The translations under genes and the position numbers were made by a program. From Mobula hypostoma (lineage: Eukaryota), in NCBI RefSeq assembly GCF_963921235.1, contig NC_086118.1, positions 23,810,001-23,874,000 on the forward strand: 64,000 nt of DNA, given 5' to 3'. The first letter of the stretch is position 1, and each line of letters starts with the position of its first letter. The notes beneath the pieces are model-generated. The model made no database searches. It saw only the letters and a program-made list of their open reading frames with translations, and had not been told where the DNA came from. Of this stretch, positions 12,601 to 25,200 are shown in pieces.

Positions 12601-15514
12601 TGGCACCATAGATGGAGTCAATGGAAGAGAGGGTCTGAATGATGGATTGGGTTAAAAGCACTGCAAAAGTTCTGTTACCAAGGTTTGTTACATTCGAGTT
12701 TATCACATCACTCTACCTGCTAAAGGGAACCCATATTCTAATAACCCTTAATAAATTGATCAATTAAAAGTTCTCAGCATATTACGCTATATTTTCTTCA
12801 CTCCATAACAACAGTGGAACTACAGATGGGAATCATAAAGAGGAATCACGCAGCAACACCAACAGGATAAAGTTCATCAACGGGGGATTTTTATTCATAC
12901 TATTTTCAATATGACTTTACCTATTTTAATTTTAAGGCCTTATTTCTGCATTTATTACTTTTTATTTATAGTTAAACAGACAAATATACTTAGTTAAAAT
13001 GAATACTGAAGTTTTGTGAACCAAAGCTCTTACATTGCAAGTTCATTCTGAGTAGTGAGATTCCTGTGTTTTGGCAGTGTTGCTGATGTAAATATGCAAC
13101 ATAAGGTCATGGGTCAGCCAGGCCCCCACATCTGCAGCTTTGTACAAGTCTCACCTCTGAGAGCCTCAAAGTGTGTAGCCAGGCAAAGGCTAATGCGTAT
13201 TAGCAAGACAAAAGTTCGGGGAGGAGAGGAGAGGAGATGAGCTTTAATTTAGTGAAGATTTATGAGGCCTCATGAAATCAGGCAGAACCACCCAGTTTCT
13301 ATATCATTTACTCAGATCTAAAGAGAAGGTTTTTGTTTTGGGAGATAGTCATTTAGAATTAACTGCCAACAAATCTTTCAGTAAATAAAAGATTTTGTTG
13401 AAGTTAAGGATTTCAAAATGTTCAAACTCTTAAGATTGAAATAAAAAACTCAAAGTATTTCTACACATTAACTCTCATTTAATGCTTTATTTTCACTTAA
13501 ACTCTTATGTCATAACAACTATTATTAATTAAAATTACTTACTCTTAGTATATTACACAGAACACATGGGATTTATTTACGTTTTCAACCAAATTTTATC
13601 ATTTTTCTACAGACGAAAAAAAATCAAATTAAGGAAACAGATTAATTGCAGCTAACAGTCCATCACCTGGCATATTATTGTGGAGACAAATGTAATGCTG
13701 TGCTCTTAAAGTCAGTATACTGAAAGCATTTAGCAACTCAATCACTTGTTCACCAGGTTCACAGTATCAGTGTCATTGAATGCTTATGATAGCTAATTCT
13801 ATTTTTAAGAACTGTAGAACAGTTTTTTTTTCCTGAAAAAGAAGCACTCTGTCACAAGGTAAATTTTATTAATTACTCCTTGTAAGTGAGAATTGTGAAA
13901 ATAAACATTTGACTTTATAGAGTGACATTTACCTTACAAAAAGGCATTCTGCTTTGCGTTGGAAGGTCATGAAGACTGTGACAGATTATGGACCTCCCTC
14001 AAGCCAGTGCTCCAAAGGACAGATTATTTCTTCTTAAGCCTATGGCAAAAGTTTATATGACCCTGTGACATCCATGAAGCACACCTGTACACCAACCAGT
14101 TTGGAGAACTCAAGCCCGTTAAAATCTAAATAGTTCTGAGTAACTAAGATTTTTAGACAATCCTGTTTGCTCCAACATTAACAATAATAATGGGACATGA
14201 GGATAGAAAGATTTTAAAATAGTACAACAGATTTCAAACATCAATGGAAGTAGAATTCTCTGATTTGGAATACTTGTTCTGGAATACCTGGAATGATTAA
14301 CACATGTAGGTTTTCCAAAGGCAGTGATGAGTAAATATATTTTAACAAATGATATTGAGGTGTATTAAATTCTTGTTTAATTTTACTACCACCTTCGACA
14401 AAATTGCACAAAATTTCCTCAAAATATATGAATTGTATCCGGCATTATGGCATGATGCATCTCAGGTTGGATTTTGAATTAAGTTAATCATGTTTGGTGC
14501 AGTTTATGACATCCTGGTCACAAGAAAAATTAAAAGAGCAGAACGAAGACCTGAATTCTGTAGTTTGAACTGTCTAAAACTTCTGTGGTTGTGGCAGATC
14601 AGAATACTTGAGCATTATGGAAGTTCAGTTACCCAGTGGCAATCAAATACATCATTTATCATCTTGGATGACTTGGATGTAACATATTAAGCTCACTCCC
14701 TTATCTCAAACCAAGTAAGTGTACATAGTTGAGCCAGTTGTATGTAAACATTAATTATATGAGCTGTGTCTTTGAAATTTGATGTTATTAGATGCTGATG
14801 GCCTTAAAATATTAAGAAAGTGGATAAAAACAAAGACTTGTTAATAGATAGTCAGTTGACAAGTAAAAATATGGCATATCTTCAATAAAATAAATGTCTT
14901 AAGGATAGGTTTCTATTTTGTTAAGAGCTTTACACAACTATTCTCCCTGAAGCCAGAAGAAAAGCCTTGAGTGTCATAAGTGGAATAATCTATCATCTTC
15001 CTGGATTATTTATTAATTTGCTAATTGCACCTCATGATTTATATCATGTGGTTTTTTTCAGTCCAATCCTAGCATGATTGACTGAATCAGTTCAAATGTT
15101 CGGGGAACTCCAGAAATGGAAACAGAAAATATTGCAAGTTTGCAAATCAGGTAGCACCTTTGAAAAGAGACACACAGTTAATGTTTTAGGCAGGTAAATT
15201 CCAGTGCAAGTTACATCAAGCTAAATTAAATTTATGCAATCTTAAATGTTGGTTTAGCACTTGTTTGCCTGAAGCTGATACTATTCATGTCTTCAGATCA
15301 AAATAACGAGGAATTACATCTGCCCAATATTGCCCATTACATCTGTCTGAGGATGGTTCCTTCCAATAGAAAATTGTTAACTTATTTGTGAAATTATTGT
15401 TGTACACCGCGCAGTCTTAGCTTAGTACAGTTTTCTCCATCAATTTTAATGATTAAAATCAGTGGACTGAGGTGGATGACTAGAACTTCTTAGTAATAAT
15501 TTGTTTTGAATAGT

Positions 15515-15650
15515 ATCATAGAGCCATAGGGTCTTCCAGCGCAGGAAAAGAAAGACCCTTTGGCCCAACTCGTCCACACAACCTCGCTGCACAGCGAGCT
15601 ACTCCCTTCTGCCCACGTTTGGCCCATAGTCCTCCAAACCTTTCCAATCC
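15515..15650 (-). mobile_element. CR1-type 3' end fragment
   Basis: CATAGAGCCATAG...CCCTTTGGCCCAACTCGTCCA matches the reverse CR1/HER1-type tail. Confidence 0.6.
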
Positions 15651-16527
15651 AGAATCAACCGATTTTCTGCTCCATTCATAAGGGTATGGGTTACCACATT
15701 TAATTCCATCAATGTTTATATATATATTTTATGCAAAAAAGAAAAAGATTACATAAGCTTGTTTCATTATGCTGTTTAATGGAAGTATTGTATGTTCATG
15801 ATAAGTAGAACATGGATAAATTGTTGTTGACCTCTGAGTGTCTAATTTGAAAATTACACTTGATCCTGGTTTTGCAGGTGAAAGGTGGTTGTAAGTATCC
15901 TTTGATAATGAAAGAGATGCAACACTGGAAGAATTTTCATTGAGTGAATTTTCATAAAGTGAGATCACTGTGTGAAATATGATGTATCTGATGTGGTACT
16001 GTCCACTCAAATGGACAGAGGCTTACATCGAATAATCGCTTTATAGTTTGAAGCTCCGTACCCTGGAGTGCTGCTGGTAGTACAACCAACATTTGTAAAT
16101 GGAAAATTTCTAAATCAAAGAAATCCTTTGATTTTTCCTAGCTTTGGAAGATTATAAGATAAACTTTCAATGTGTGATATTAAGTAGGGTCCTAACCATG
16201 GTAGTTCAAATTTTTACCTGCAAGTCACATAACAGTTTAACACTACAATGTCAGTAATTGACCTGATCATTTTCTCGGTTTCTTATGCCACTATGATTTT
16301 GGTTTTATATCTCATTAAATAACCAGGAGTGTGTAGATTTAAAGCTACAGCTACACAATAAAGAACATTGTTCTTATTTTGACGTGTTTGAACCAAGGGA
16401 GGACGCATTTAATTCTGTGTTAAAGTGGTGTTTCTCTGAAAACTTCCATCTTCTTTTGCATAGGTTGAAACAAACAACATTGTTCACTTGGATTTCAAAG
16501 CTTCTATTTCTTGTATTTTTATTTTTT

Positions 16528-19500
16528 AGATACTGGTGGGGAGGGATGACCTATGAGCGGAAGCTGTAGCAACCGGGTCTCTGACACTGTGGCTCAGAAG
16601 GGATGTGCGGAGAAGAGAACTACAGTACTGAAAGGCAATTCCATAGTTAGAAGAGATAGACATGAGATTCTGTGGTCACAATAGAGACACCCGGATGGTA
16701 TGTTGCCTCCCAGGTGCCAGGGTCAGGAACATGTTGGATCAGGTCCATGGCATTCTGTAGGGGGAGGGGGAGCGATCAGAAGTCTTGGTACAGACTTATT
16801 TGCACCACTGAAGAGAGAATTTAGGGAACTAGGTGGAAAGCAGGACCTCCAGGGTAGTAACCTCTGCATTTCTGCCTGGGCCACATGCCAGTGTGGGTAG
16901 GAATAGGATGATTTGGCAGATGAATGCATAGCTGAGAAACTGGTGCAGGGCACAAGGTTTCAGGTTTCTGGATGATTGGGATCTCTTCTGGGGGAGGTAT
17001 GACCTGTACAAAAGAGATGGGTTGCACCTGAACCCAAGGGGACCAATAGCCTTGAGGGCAGGTTTGCTAGAACTGTTGGGGAGGGTTTAAAATAATTTGG
17101 CAGGGGGTGGGAAATTGAGTTATAGGGCTAAGGATGGGGCAGTTGGTCAACAAGCAGAGTTAGTATGTAGTGAGACTCTCAGGAAGAGAAGGCAGATGAT
17201 AGGGCAAAATTGTAGTCAGTAGGATGAGTTGCAGTATAACGTGGACAAAATTGTAAAGGGTGACGAATACAGGAATGAAAGTGTTATAATTAAAAGCACG
17301 TAGTATATGGGATAAGGCAGATAATCTTGTAGCACAGTTAGAGATTGGCAGCTGTGACATTGTGGGCATCATGTCTGAAAGATTATAACTGAGAGTTTAA
17401 CATATTATATCAAAAGGACAGGCAGGTAGGCAGAAAGGGTGGTGTGGCTCTGTTGGTAAAAAATGAAATCAAATCCTTAGAAAGAGGTGACATAGGATCA
17501 GAAGATGTAGAATCATTGTGGGTAGAGTTTAGAAACTGCAAGGGTTAAAAGACCCTGATGGGAGTTATATACAGGCCTCTGAACAGTTGCCAGGATGTCG
17601 GCCATAAATTACAGCGGAAGATAGAACACACATGTCAACAGGGCAAAGGTATGATAGTCATGGGGAATTTCAATATGCAGCTAGATTTGAAAAATTAGGT
17701 TGGTGCTGATTTTGAATCACAAGAGAGAGAATTTGTAGAATGTCCATAAGATGGCTTTTTAGAGCAGCTTGTAGTTAAGCCCATAAGGGGATCAGCTATT
17801 CTGGATTGGGTGTGTGTAATGAACTGGATTTGATTAGGGAGCTTGAGGTAAAGGGTTCACCCTGCAATTTGAGAGGCAGAAGATAAAGTCAAATGTAGCA
17901 GTATTACGGTTGATCAAAGGAATTGCAGAGACATGAGAGAGGAGCTGGCAAAAGTTGATTGGACGAAGACACTAGCAGGAGTGATGACAAAGCATCAATT
18001 GATGAAGTTTCTAGGAGCAATTTGGAAGGTGAGGAAGAAGTATTCTAAATTCAGGATGACATAACTGTGACTCACAAAGGAAGTCGAAATAAAATTAATA
18101 GAGAGGGCATGTAATAGAGTAAAAATTAATGGAAAGTTAGAGAAATGGGAAACTTTTAAAAATCACCAGAAGGCAACTAAAAAACCCAATAACATCAAAG
18201 ATGATACCAAAAATAGTTTCAGTTGTGTAAAGAATAAAAGAGAGGCAAAAGTAGATATTAATCACCAGAAAAAGACACTGGAGAGGTAGTAATAGGGGAT
18301 AAGGAAATGGTAGATAAACTGAATAAGTATTTTGCATCATTCTTCACTGTGGATGGCAATAGCAGCATGCTGGATGTTCGAGAGTGTCAGGGGACAGAAG
18401 GGAGTGTATTTGTTATTACTAAGGAGCAGATGCTTGGGAGGTTGAAAGGTTTGAAGTTAATTAAGTTACTTGAGTCAGATGGACTATATCCTAGGGTTCT
18501 GAATGAGGTAGCTGAAGAGATTGTGGAAGCATTAGTAATGATCTTTCAAGCATCACTAGATTCTATAATGGATCCGGAGGACTGGAAAATTGCAAGTGTC
18601 TCTCCACTGTTTAAGAAAGGAGGGAGGCAGAAGAAAGGAAATTATAGGCCTGACCTCAGTGGTTGGGAAGATGTTGGAGCTGATTGTTAAGGATGAGATT
18701 TTGGGGTACTTGGAGGCACATGTTGAGTTAATCCTAAGTCAGCATGGTTTCCTTAAGGGAACATCTTGCCTTACAAATCAGTTGGAATTGTTTGAGGAAA
18801 TAACAAGCAAGATAGACAAAGAAGAATTGGTAGATGTTGTATAATTGGATTTTCAGTAGGTCTTTGCCAAGGTTCGGACATGAGGCTGCTTAGCAAGAAA
18901 AGAGCCCATGGTATTACAGGATAGATACTAGCATGTATGGACCATTGGCTGACTAGCAAGAGGCAAAGAGTAGGAATAAAGAGAGCCTTTTCTGATTGGC
19001 TGCTGGTGACTAGTGGTGTTCTGCAGGAGTCAGTGTTGGAACTGCTTTGATTTATGTTATATGTCAGTGATTTGGATGATGGGATTGATGGCTTTATGGG
19101 CAGGTTTGTGGACAATATGACGATAGGTGGAGGGGTAACATAGAAACATAGAAATCTACAGCACATTACAGGTCCTTCGGCCCACAATGTTGTGCCAACC
19201 ATGTAATCTACTCTAGAAACTGCCTAGAATTTCCCTACTGTGTAGCCCTCTATTTTTCTAAGCTCCAAGTACCTATCTAAGAGTCTCTTAAAAGACCCTA
19301 TTGTATCTGCCTCTACCACCTTCACTGGCAGTGCATTCCACGCATCCACCACTCTCTGAGTGAAAAACTTATCTCTGACATCCTTCTTGTACCACTTCCA
19401 AGCACCTTAAAACTATGTCCCCTTGTGTTAGCCATTTCAGCCCTGGGAAAAAGCCTCTGGCTATCCACACAATCAATGCCTCCCATCATCTTCTCATCAT

Positions 19501-20376
19501 CTTATGCAAGTGTTGAGGAAGCAAGGAGGCTTCAGAAAGACAGACAGATTAGGAGAATGGGCTAAGAAGTGGCAGATGGAATACAATGTCAGGAAGTATA
19601 TGGTTATGCACTTTGGTAGAAAGGAGAAAAAAACATGAACTACTTTATAAATGAGGAGAAAATTCAAAAACTGAGTTGCAAGAAGACTTGGGAGTCCTCG
19701 TGCAGGACTCCTTAAAGGTTAACTTGCAGTTTGAATCGGTGATGAGGAAGGAAAGGGCAATGTTAGCATTCATTTTGAGAGGATTAGGATATAAAATCAA
19801 GGATGTAATGCTGAGGGTTTATAAGGCATTAGTGGACTGTGAGCAGTTTATGGCCTCTTATCTAAGAAGAGATGTGCTGACATTGGAGAGGGTTAAAAGG
19901 GGGCTCCTAAGAATGATTCTGGCAATGAAGGGCCTATCATATCAGGAGCACTTGATGGCTCTGGGCCTGTACTTGCTGGAATTTTAAAAAAATTGGGGTG
20001 AATCTCTCTGAAACTTATTGAATGTTGAAGTGGATAAAGTGGATGTGGAGAAGATGTTTCCTATAGTGGAAGAGTCCAGGGACAAAGGGCACAACCTCAG
20101 AATAGAGGGACATCCATTTAGAACGGAGATGAGAATGTATTTCTTTAGCCAGAGGGTGGTGAATCTGTGGAATTCATTACCACAGGCAGCTGTGGAGGCC
20201 AGGTTACTGGATGCATTTGAGGCAGAGGTTGATAGGTTCTGGATGTTAAAGGTTATGAAAGCAAGTCAGGAGAATGGGATTGAGAGGGAACTGGATCCAC
20301 CATGATCAAATGGCAGAGCAGATGCGATGAGCCGAACAGCCTAATTCTGCTCCTATGTCTTATAGTCTTATGGTCT
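16528..20376 (+). mobile_element. CR1/HER1-type LINE, long decayed copy (part of ORF1 esterase, ORF2 endonuclease + RT, 3' tail)
   Basis: ORF1 RMVCCLPGARV and DLYKRDGLHLNPRG; APE MGNFN; RT EDWKIASVSPLFKKGGRQKKGNYRP and SQHGFLKGTSCLTN; C-terminal FFSQRVVNLWNSLP; tail CCTAATTCTGCTCCTATGTCTTATAGTCTTATGG. Confidence 0.95.
19137..19505 (-). mobile_element. CR1-type 3' fragment nested in reverse orientation inside the CR1 RT
   Basis: Begins AACATAGAAACATAGAA (reverse tail); the host RT sequence resumes at ~19506. Confidence 0.85.
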
Positions 20377-20542
20377 ACTGCTGAGTCAGTGATTATATCA
20401 GTCCAGACACCAAAGGTCAAAATAGGGTCTTGGGATCATTTCCAACACATTAAACAAGTCTCCAATATTTTACATCTTGTAAAAGAAGAAAGATCATTTG
20501 AAGTATGTAATATAGATATTACATTAACAGTAGATATTAGAT

Positions 20543-20800
20543 GACAGGCTGGAGATACATCTCTACCAAAGAAGGCGTAAGGCGCTCCTTCCCACCACTA
20601 GCCTGCAGGTCACCCTTCGGCAAGGTGTAGCACATGCTTAGGACCCCCACTCACCATCAGGGACAAGGGAGCTGGTGGTGGATGGTCATATGAGCAACTG
20701 GTGCATATCACAAGTCCTGGTTATGTGACCACCGACGCCAGGCAGGCAATCTCTGACAGTCACTTAGACTACCCAGAGAAAGGCATTGTGTATTTGTGGG
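20543..20800 (+). mobile_element. Short non-autonomous retroelement (RTE-related SINE-like)
   Basis: GC-richer block GGAGATACATCTCTACCAAAG...CACAAGTCCTGGTTATGTGACCACCGACGCCAGGCAG resembling ray RTE-associated short elements; recognised from memory, not by search. Confidence 0.5.
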
Positions 20801-21204
20801 TCACCCTAACTGTAAGCGAGGTGTGTGATGGTCACCTCCCCCGTCTGTATGAAACTGGTTGGGCTCACTTTCTGGGTCCTGATCACAATAAAATGGATAT
20901 TCAGTTAATAAGCTTCTTCGTCTGTCATTATGGACAAAATGCAATATTTTTGCAAACTAAATCTATAATGTTCCCAGAGTCCTATCTCATGGAAAAACAG
21001 CCAACAGTTCCTCACTTGACATACTGTAGATTCAACTTAATTGTGCATCTGAATACCTCTTCAAAATTAGATATAAAATATTTATTGTGACCACTCATCA
21101 ACAACAAACTAACATTTAAATCAATCATTCCAATAGTCAGTGCAGACTTGCAAACTTAGTGCCAGATGAAGTTCTAATGATTACACACCTGTAATTCCAT
21201 CAGA

Positions 21205-21375
21205 AAGTTATGGCTTTATTAAGTCCCATCAAGGAAAACTGAGCACATGAATCTAGATTGCAGTGCAGAACTGAGGGAGAACTGCACTCTTGTGAATAAT
21301 GTCCTGCTGATGAGATGTTAAAGTAAGGCCCAGTCTACTCTCTCAGGTGGATGGAAAATATCCCAAAGCATCCTG
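21205..21375 (+). mobile_element. Deu-domain SINE (SacSINE1/AmnSINE1-like) remnant
   Basis: GATGAGATGTTAAAGTAAGGCCCAGTCTACTCTCTCAGGTGGATGGAAAATATCCCA resembles the Deu conserved domain. Confidence 0.65.
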
Positions 21376-21599
21376 CAAGGCCTAAGGAACATCAGTCCAT
21401 CTCTGAATCATACTTCAGGAATGTAAGTTGAAGTGGCAAGATACATGCCTGCCAAAAGTGCCAGATAATGACTATCTCCAAGAAAAGTCAAATAACTTAC
21501 CTTTAATATTAATTGTGAGTGTCTCACCTTCTGATGCACCACATCCTTTCCACCGTTTACAAGATACAAATCAGGGAAATTCTGGAATTTTTCTGCTTT

Positions 21600-22245
21600 T
21601 TTTGGATGAATATATTGCCAGAACTTCTCAACAAACTCAACACCATCTACAACAATGTTCATTTAACTGGTTCTCCAGCCATCAGCCTAAGCGTGCACTC
21701 TCTCCACCGCTTAAGCACAATGGCTGCAATATTTATCATCTACAAAATACTTGTCTAGTCTACTCCGTCAGGGCCCCCTAAACCTGTAACCTATCATATG
21801 ACAGGGGCATAATGAATAACCCTGCCATCAAAAATGCCGTGTAATGACCTATCCCCAACAAGAAAGAGTCTAAAAGCCTACCTTTAGTTTTCAATGGTAT
21901 TACCACCACCTGTAGATTCCCTTCCAATCTCCATGCTCCATTCCTGACTTTAAGAACGGAGGCAGATGCTGGAATCTGTAGCAAGAAAAACACATAGTAA
22001 GCAATAAGTTCATAATTACAGTGGTTTGTGTCTGACTCCTGACATTTAATGATATCATCTTCATCATTGCCCACTCTACATCCTGGAACGTCCTAATCAA
22101 TAGCAGAATGAATGAAAGTACTTTCACTAGAAGGGCTGCAATGCTTAAGAAGGTGGCTCACCATCATCACATTAAGGACAATTAGGGATGGATAATAAAA
22201 TGCTGACCATATCAGCAATGCCCAGATCCTGAAAATTAATTAAAA
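21600..22245 (+). mobile_element. Old CR1/L2-group LINE 3' fragment
   Basis: ACCACCACCTGTAGATTCCCTTCCAA...CCTGACTT and tail AAGAAGGTGGCTCACCATCA...CAATTAGGGATGGATAATAAAATGCTG; same family in reverse at 57195-58175. Confidence 0.6.
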
Positions 22246-23504
22246 ACAATAGATCTGATTGTCACAGTGTTGTATTTGGGACTTTGCTACGTGTGAATTA
22301 GCTGCCACTGCTCTTGCTCTGTGATGTTGACCATATTTCCTATGTACTATATTGACGGTAAATTTTTGGGACTCCGTGAGTAGGAATTTACTTCTGTAAA
22401 ATTCTTCAAACTTCCTTCCATTTATGCTCCTCTCTATATTCGCCATTTCAAAGTCACATGACTAGGATAATGTCAAACTAGTCTATGAGCCCATGAAGAG
22501 TTATTGTTGAAAATTCAATACACAGGACACATTTCTTTAATATCTCCATGTGCTATTTTGCTTGTTTTCAAACGATTAATTGACGAGTGCAAAGCCATCC
22601 AATTGAGTAGACTCGATGTCTGTGAAACATATAAATGTCTTATCCAGGAAACAGGAAGATGAATCAAGTTACAGTCTCATAAACAGTGTGAACGAACCAT
22701 GGCAAAGCAATACCCATGCTGTCACTTTGATCAACATTTGTTTACTTTGAAAAAACATACGATACAACTTGTCCAACTGCCCGTACATTGTTAGTCAATC
22801 TCTGTCAGCAGTGGCATGTTTTCAGCCTTCAAGTATCAGATGAGAATTTCATCGAGATCATTGCAAATACTGTAAGTATTACATGTGTTTAGGCTGTAGA
22901 TTAGTGAAAAGGTTTTGCTTATATTCTCCTGTGCACAAATGGTTCCTTTTGGTTGATTTGATAAAAATGCAAACAGCTTTTAAGTTAGATTTTCAAATTC
23001 AAACAATCTGAATCTTGATTATATTCTTGGACAACATTATGATGAGGACCATGCAATTTCATGGGATCTGGACCAAGTCAAAGATCAGGTAAAAGAAGAG
23101 TGATGAAATTTTGTCTAGTATATCTGGATACTTAAGAACAAACTGAGGTATGAATGGAACATAATCGTTAACAATGGCTGAAGGAATAGTTCTAAAGGTG
23201 AATTTGGAGGAGAATGAAGGGTGCAATAAGCTTTTTTTAACTAAACAAGAAATTAAGAATGTTCCTACCATTCCACTGGACAAACCTTACTTGGGCTTCA
23301 TTACTCCAATCATCTGTTCACTTAAATTCATTCCTCTTCAGCCACATCCCCATTCCCCTGAAATCCATCCTTTGTCAGTCCCCGTGAAGCTCTCTATCAT
23401 GGCTCTCTCATCTTTCCATCTGTTCACCGGATATTGATTTACTCTACATAGCTACCCTCCACCTTTCTTGCCTAAGTCATATTAAATCCATTACAATCTC
23501 TCTC

Positions 23505-25200
23505 TCAGACTTCTGCTTGGAGTACTGTGGGCAATAGTGAGCACCACATTAAAGGTAGATGTGACGGTACTGAAGAAGCGGCAGAACAGTATCATAAGGA
23601 AGCTGCCTGGTTTGAAGTACTTTTGTAGTAGTGCAATCACTCGAGTTGAGTATCATGTTCTCCAAAGGGGTTGTTGATTGGTGGGTTCTCAGGTGAACAG
23701 AGAGGCTGATTCATGATATACATATTCTGGTACAGTATGAACAAGAGTAGGTGGTGGCTGTGGTTAGTTTGTGCATCTTTTAGTTGTTCAGTCTCTCATT
23801 TTGCAGCTGCCTCTTGCTCTCTGCAGTACAACAGAGGTCATCCTCACGTAGCGCAGCTAACCTCTTCAACAGATTTCCTCCATGTGTACCTATTGAGTGC
23901 AATATCTTCCCGGTTCTTAAATGTAATGTTGAATTTCTTCAGGCTGATTTTGATGTTATCTTTGAAATGTTTCCTTTGCCCACCAGGGGCTTATTTACCT
24001 TCCTTCATCTGGGAGTAAAGGATCTGTTTGGGGAGACAAGAGTTAGGCATTGGGATGACATGACCTATTCATTGTAGTTGGTACTGTACTGCATTATCAT
24101 GGTGGAGATGGTACTCATGCTAGAATCCTCAAATACGCTAGTGTTAGTGCATCTGTCCTTCCAGCTGATTCTTGAAACCAAAGAATTTTGGTGGTATAGT
24201 TCCAGGGCTTTTGGTTGGCTACTCCAGAAGGTCCATGGTTCAGCTCCATACAATAATGTAGGAAGAACAAAAGCCATTGAGACCAAAAGTTTTCTTTGGA
24301 CCTGTAAGTCGCGATCTTCAAGACTCTTTTCTTGCATAGGCTCCATTGGCACTACTCAGGTGGTGGTTGATCTCTGAGTCAATGTCTGCTTTTGGGGAGA
24401 GAATATTGCCAAGGTAGGGAAAATGGCCTACATTTTCATGGGCGATATCATTATCTTTTATGGAGGGCTGGATAAATGTCTGTTTGGGTGGTGGCTGATA
24501 CAGGACCTGTGTCTTTTTTATATTTTAAACAACACCCAAGGCCTTGGCAAAGACATTCAGGATACATTGGAGGTCTTCTTCAGAATGTGCTGCAATGACG
24601 TTGCCATCCGCATACTGAAGTTTCACGATAATGGTGGTTCTTGGCATCAGATTGATTGAGGTTGAAAAGCCTGATGTCCAGGTCTTGGCAATGAGATGAA
24701 GGATAGCAACAATAAAGATGGCAAAAAGGGTGAACGCAGTGATGCAGCCCTGTTTGACTCCTGTCTTAACAATGAGTCTGAACCCTTCAAAGTACTTCAG
24801 TTATGGATAGACTAGGTTTGCTTTTTTTTCCCTCGAGCAACAGAGGCTAAAAGGTGACCTGATAAAGATTTGTAAAATTATGGGAGGCATAAATAGTTAT
24901 AATATTTTTCCAGTGGTAGGGGTATCTAAAATATGATGCCATGTGTTTATGAAGAGGGGAAAGAGTTTCAATGTGGATTTGAGGGGAAAGATTTTTACAT
25001 AAAGAGAGGCCGGTATTTGGAACTCATATCCAAAGGAGGTGGTTAAATCAGATACAATCACTATGCTTAAGAGACATTTACCCAGTCAATTGACAGGGCG
25101 AGGCACAGAAGGATATAGACAAACCTGGACCGGTAAAAATGGGCAAAAGGTTTAGTTGGACTTGCTTGGCTGAAGGGCCTGTTTCATGTCATACAATTCT
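23505..25200 (+). mobile_element. CR1 3' fragment split by an RTE insertion
   Basis: CR1 C-terminal sequence at 23505-23622 continues at 24790-25200 (AGGTGACCTGATA...GGCTGAAGGGCCTGTTTC). Confidence 0.75.
23623..24789 (-). mobile_element. RTE-clade LINE, 5'-truncated
   Basis: Minus strand VKTGVKQGCITAFTLF, VLPTLLYGAEPWT and ISWKDRCTNTSV (ORF 24065-24352); flanked by direct repeat AAGTACTT (23615-23622 / 24790-24797). Confidence 0.85.

Noticed and set aside
20543..20650. Possible HDV-like ribozyme (ACAGGCT/AGCCTGC pairing)
   Set aside because: Could not place P2/P3 with a canonical L3 loop; unsupported by eye.
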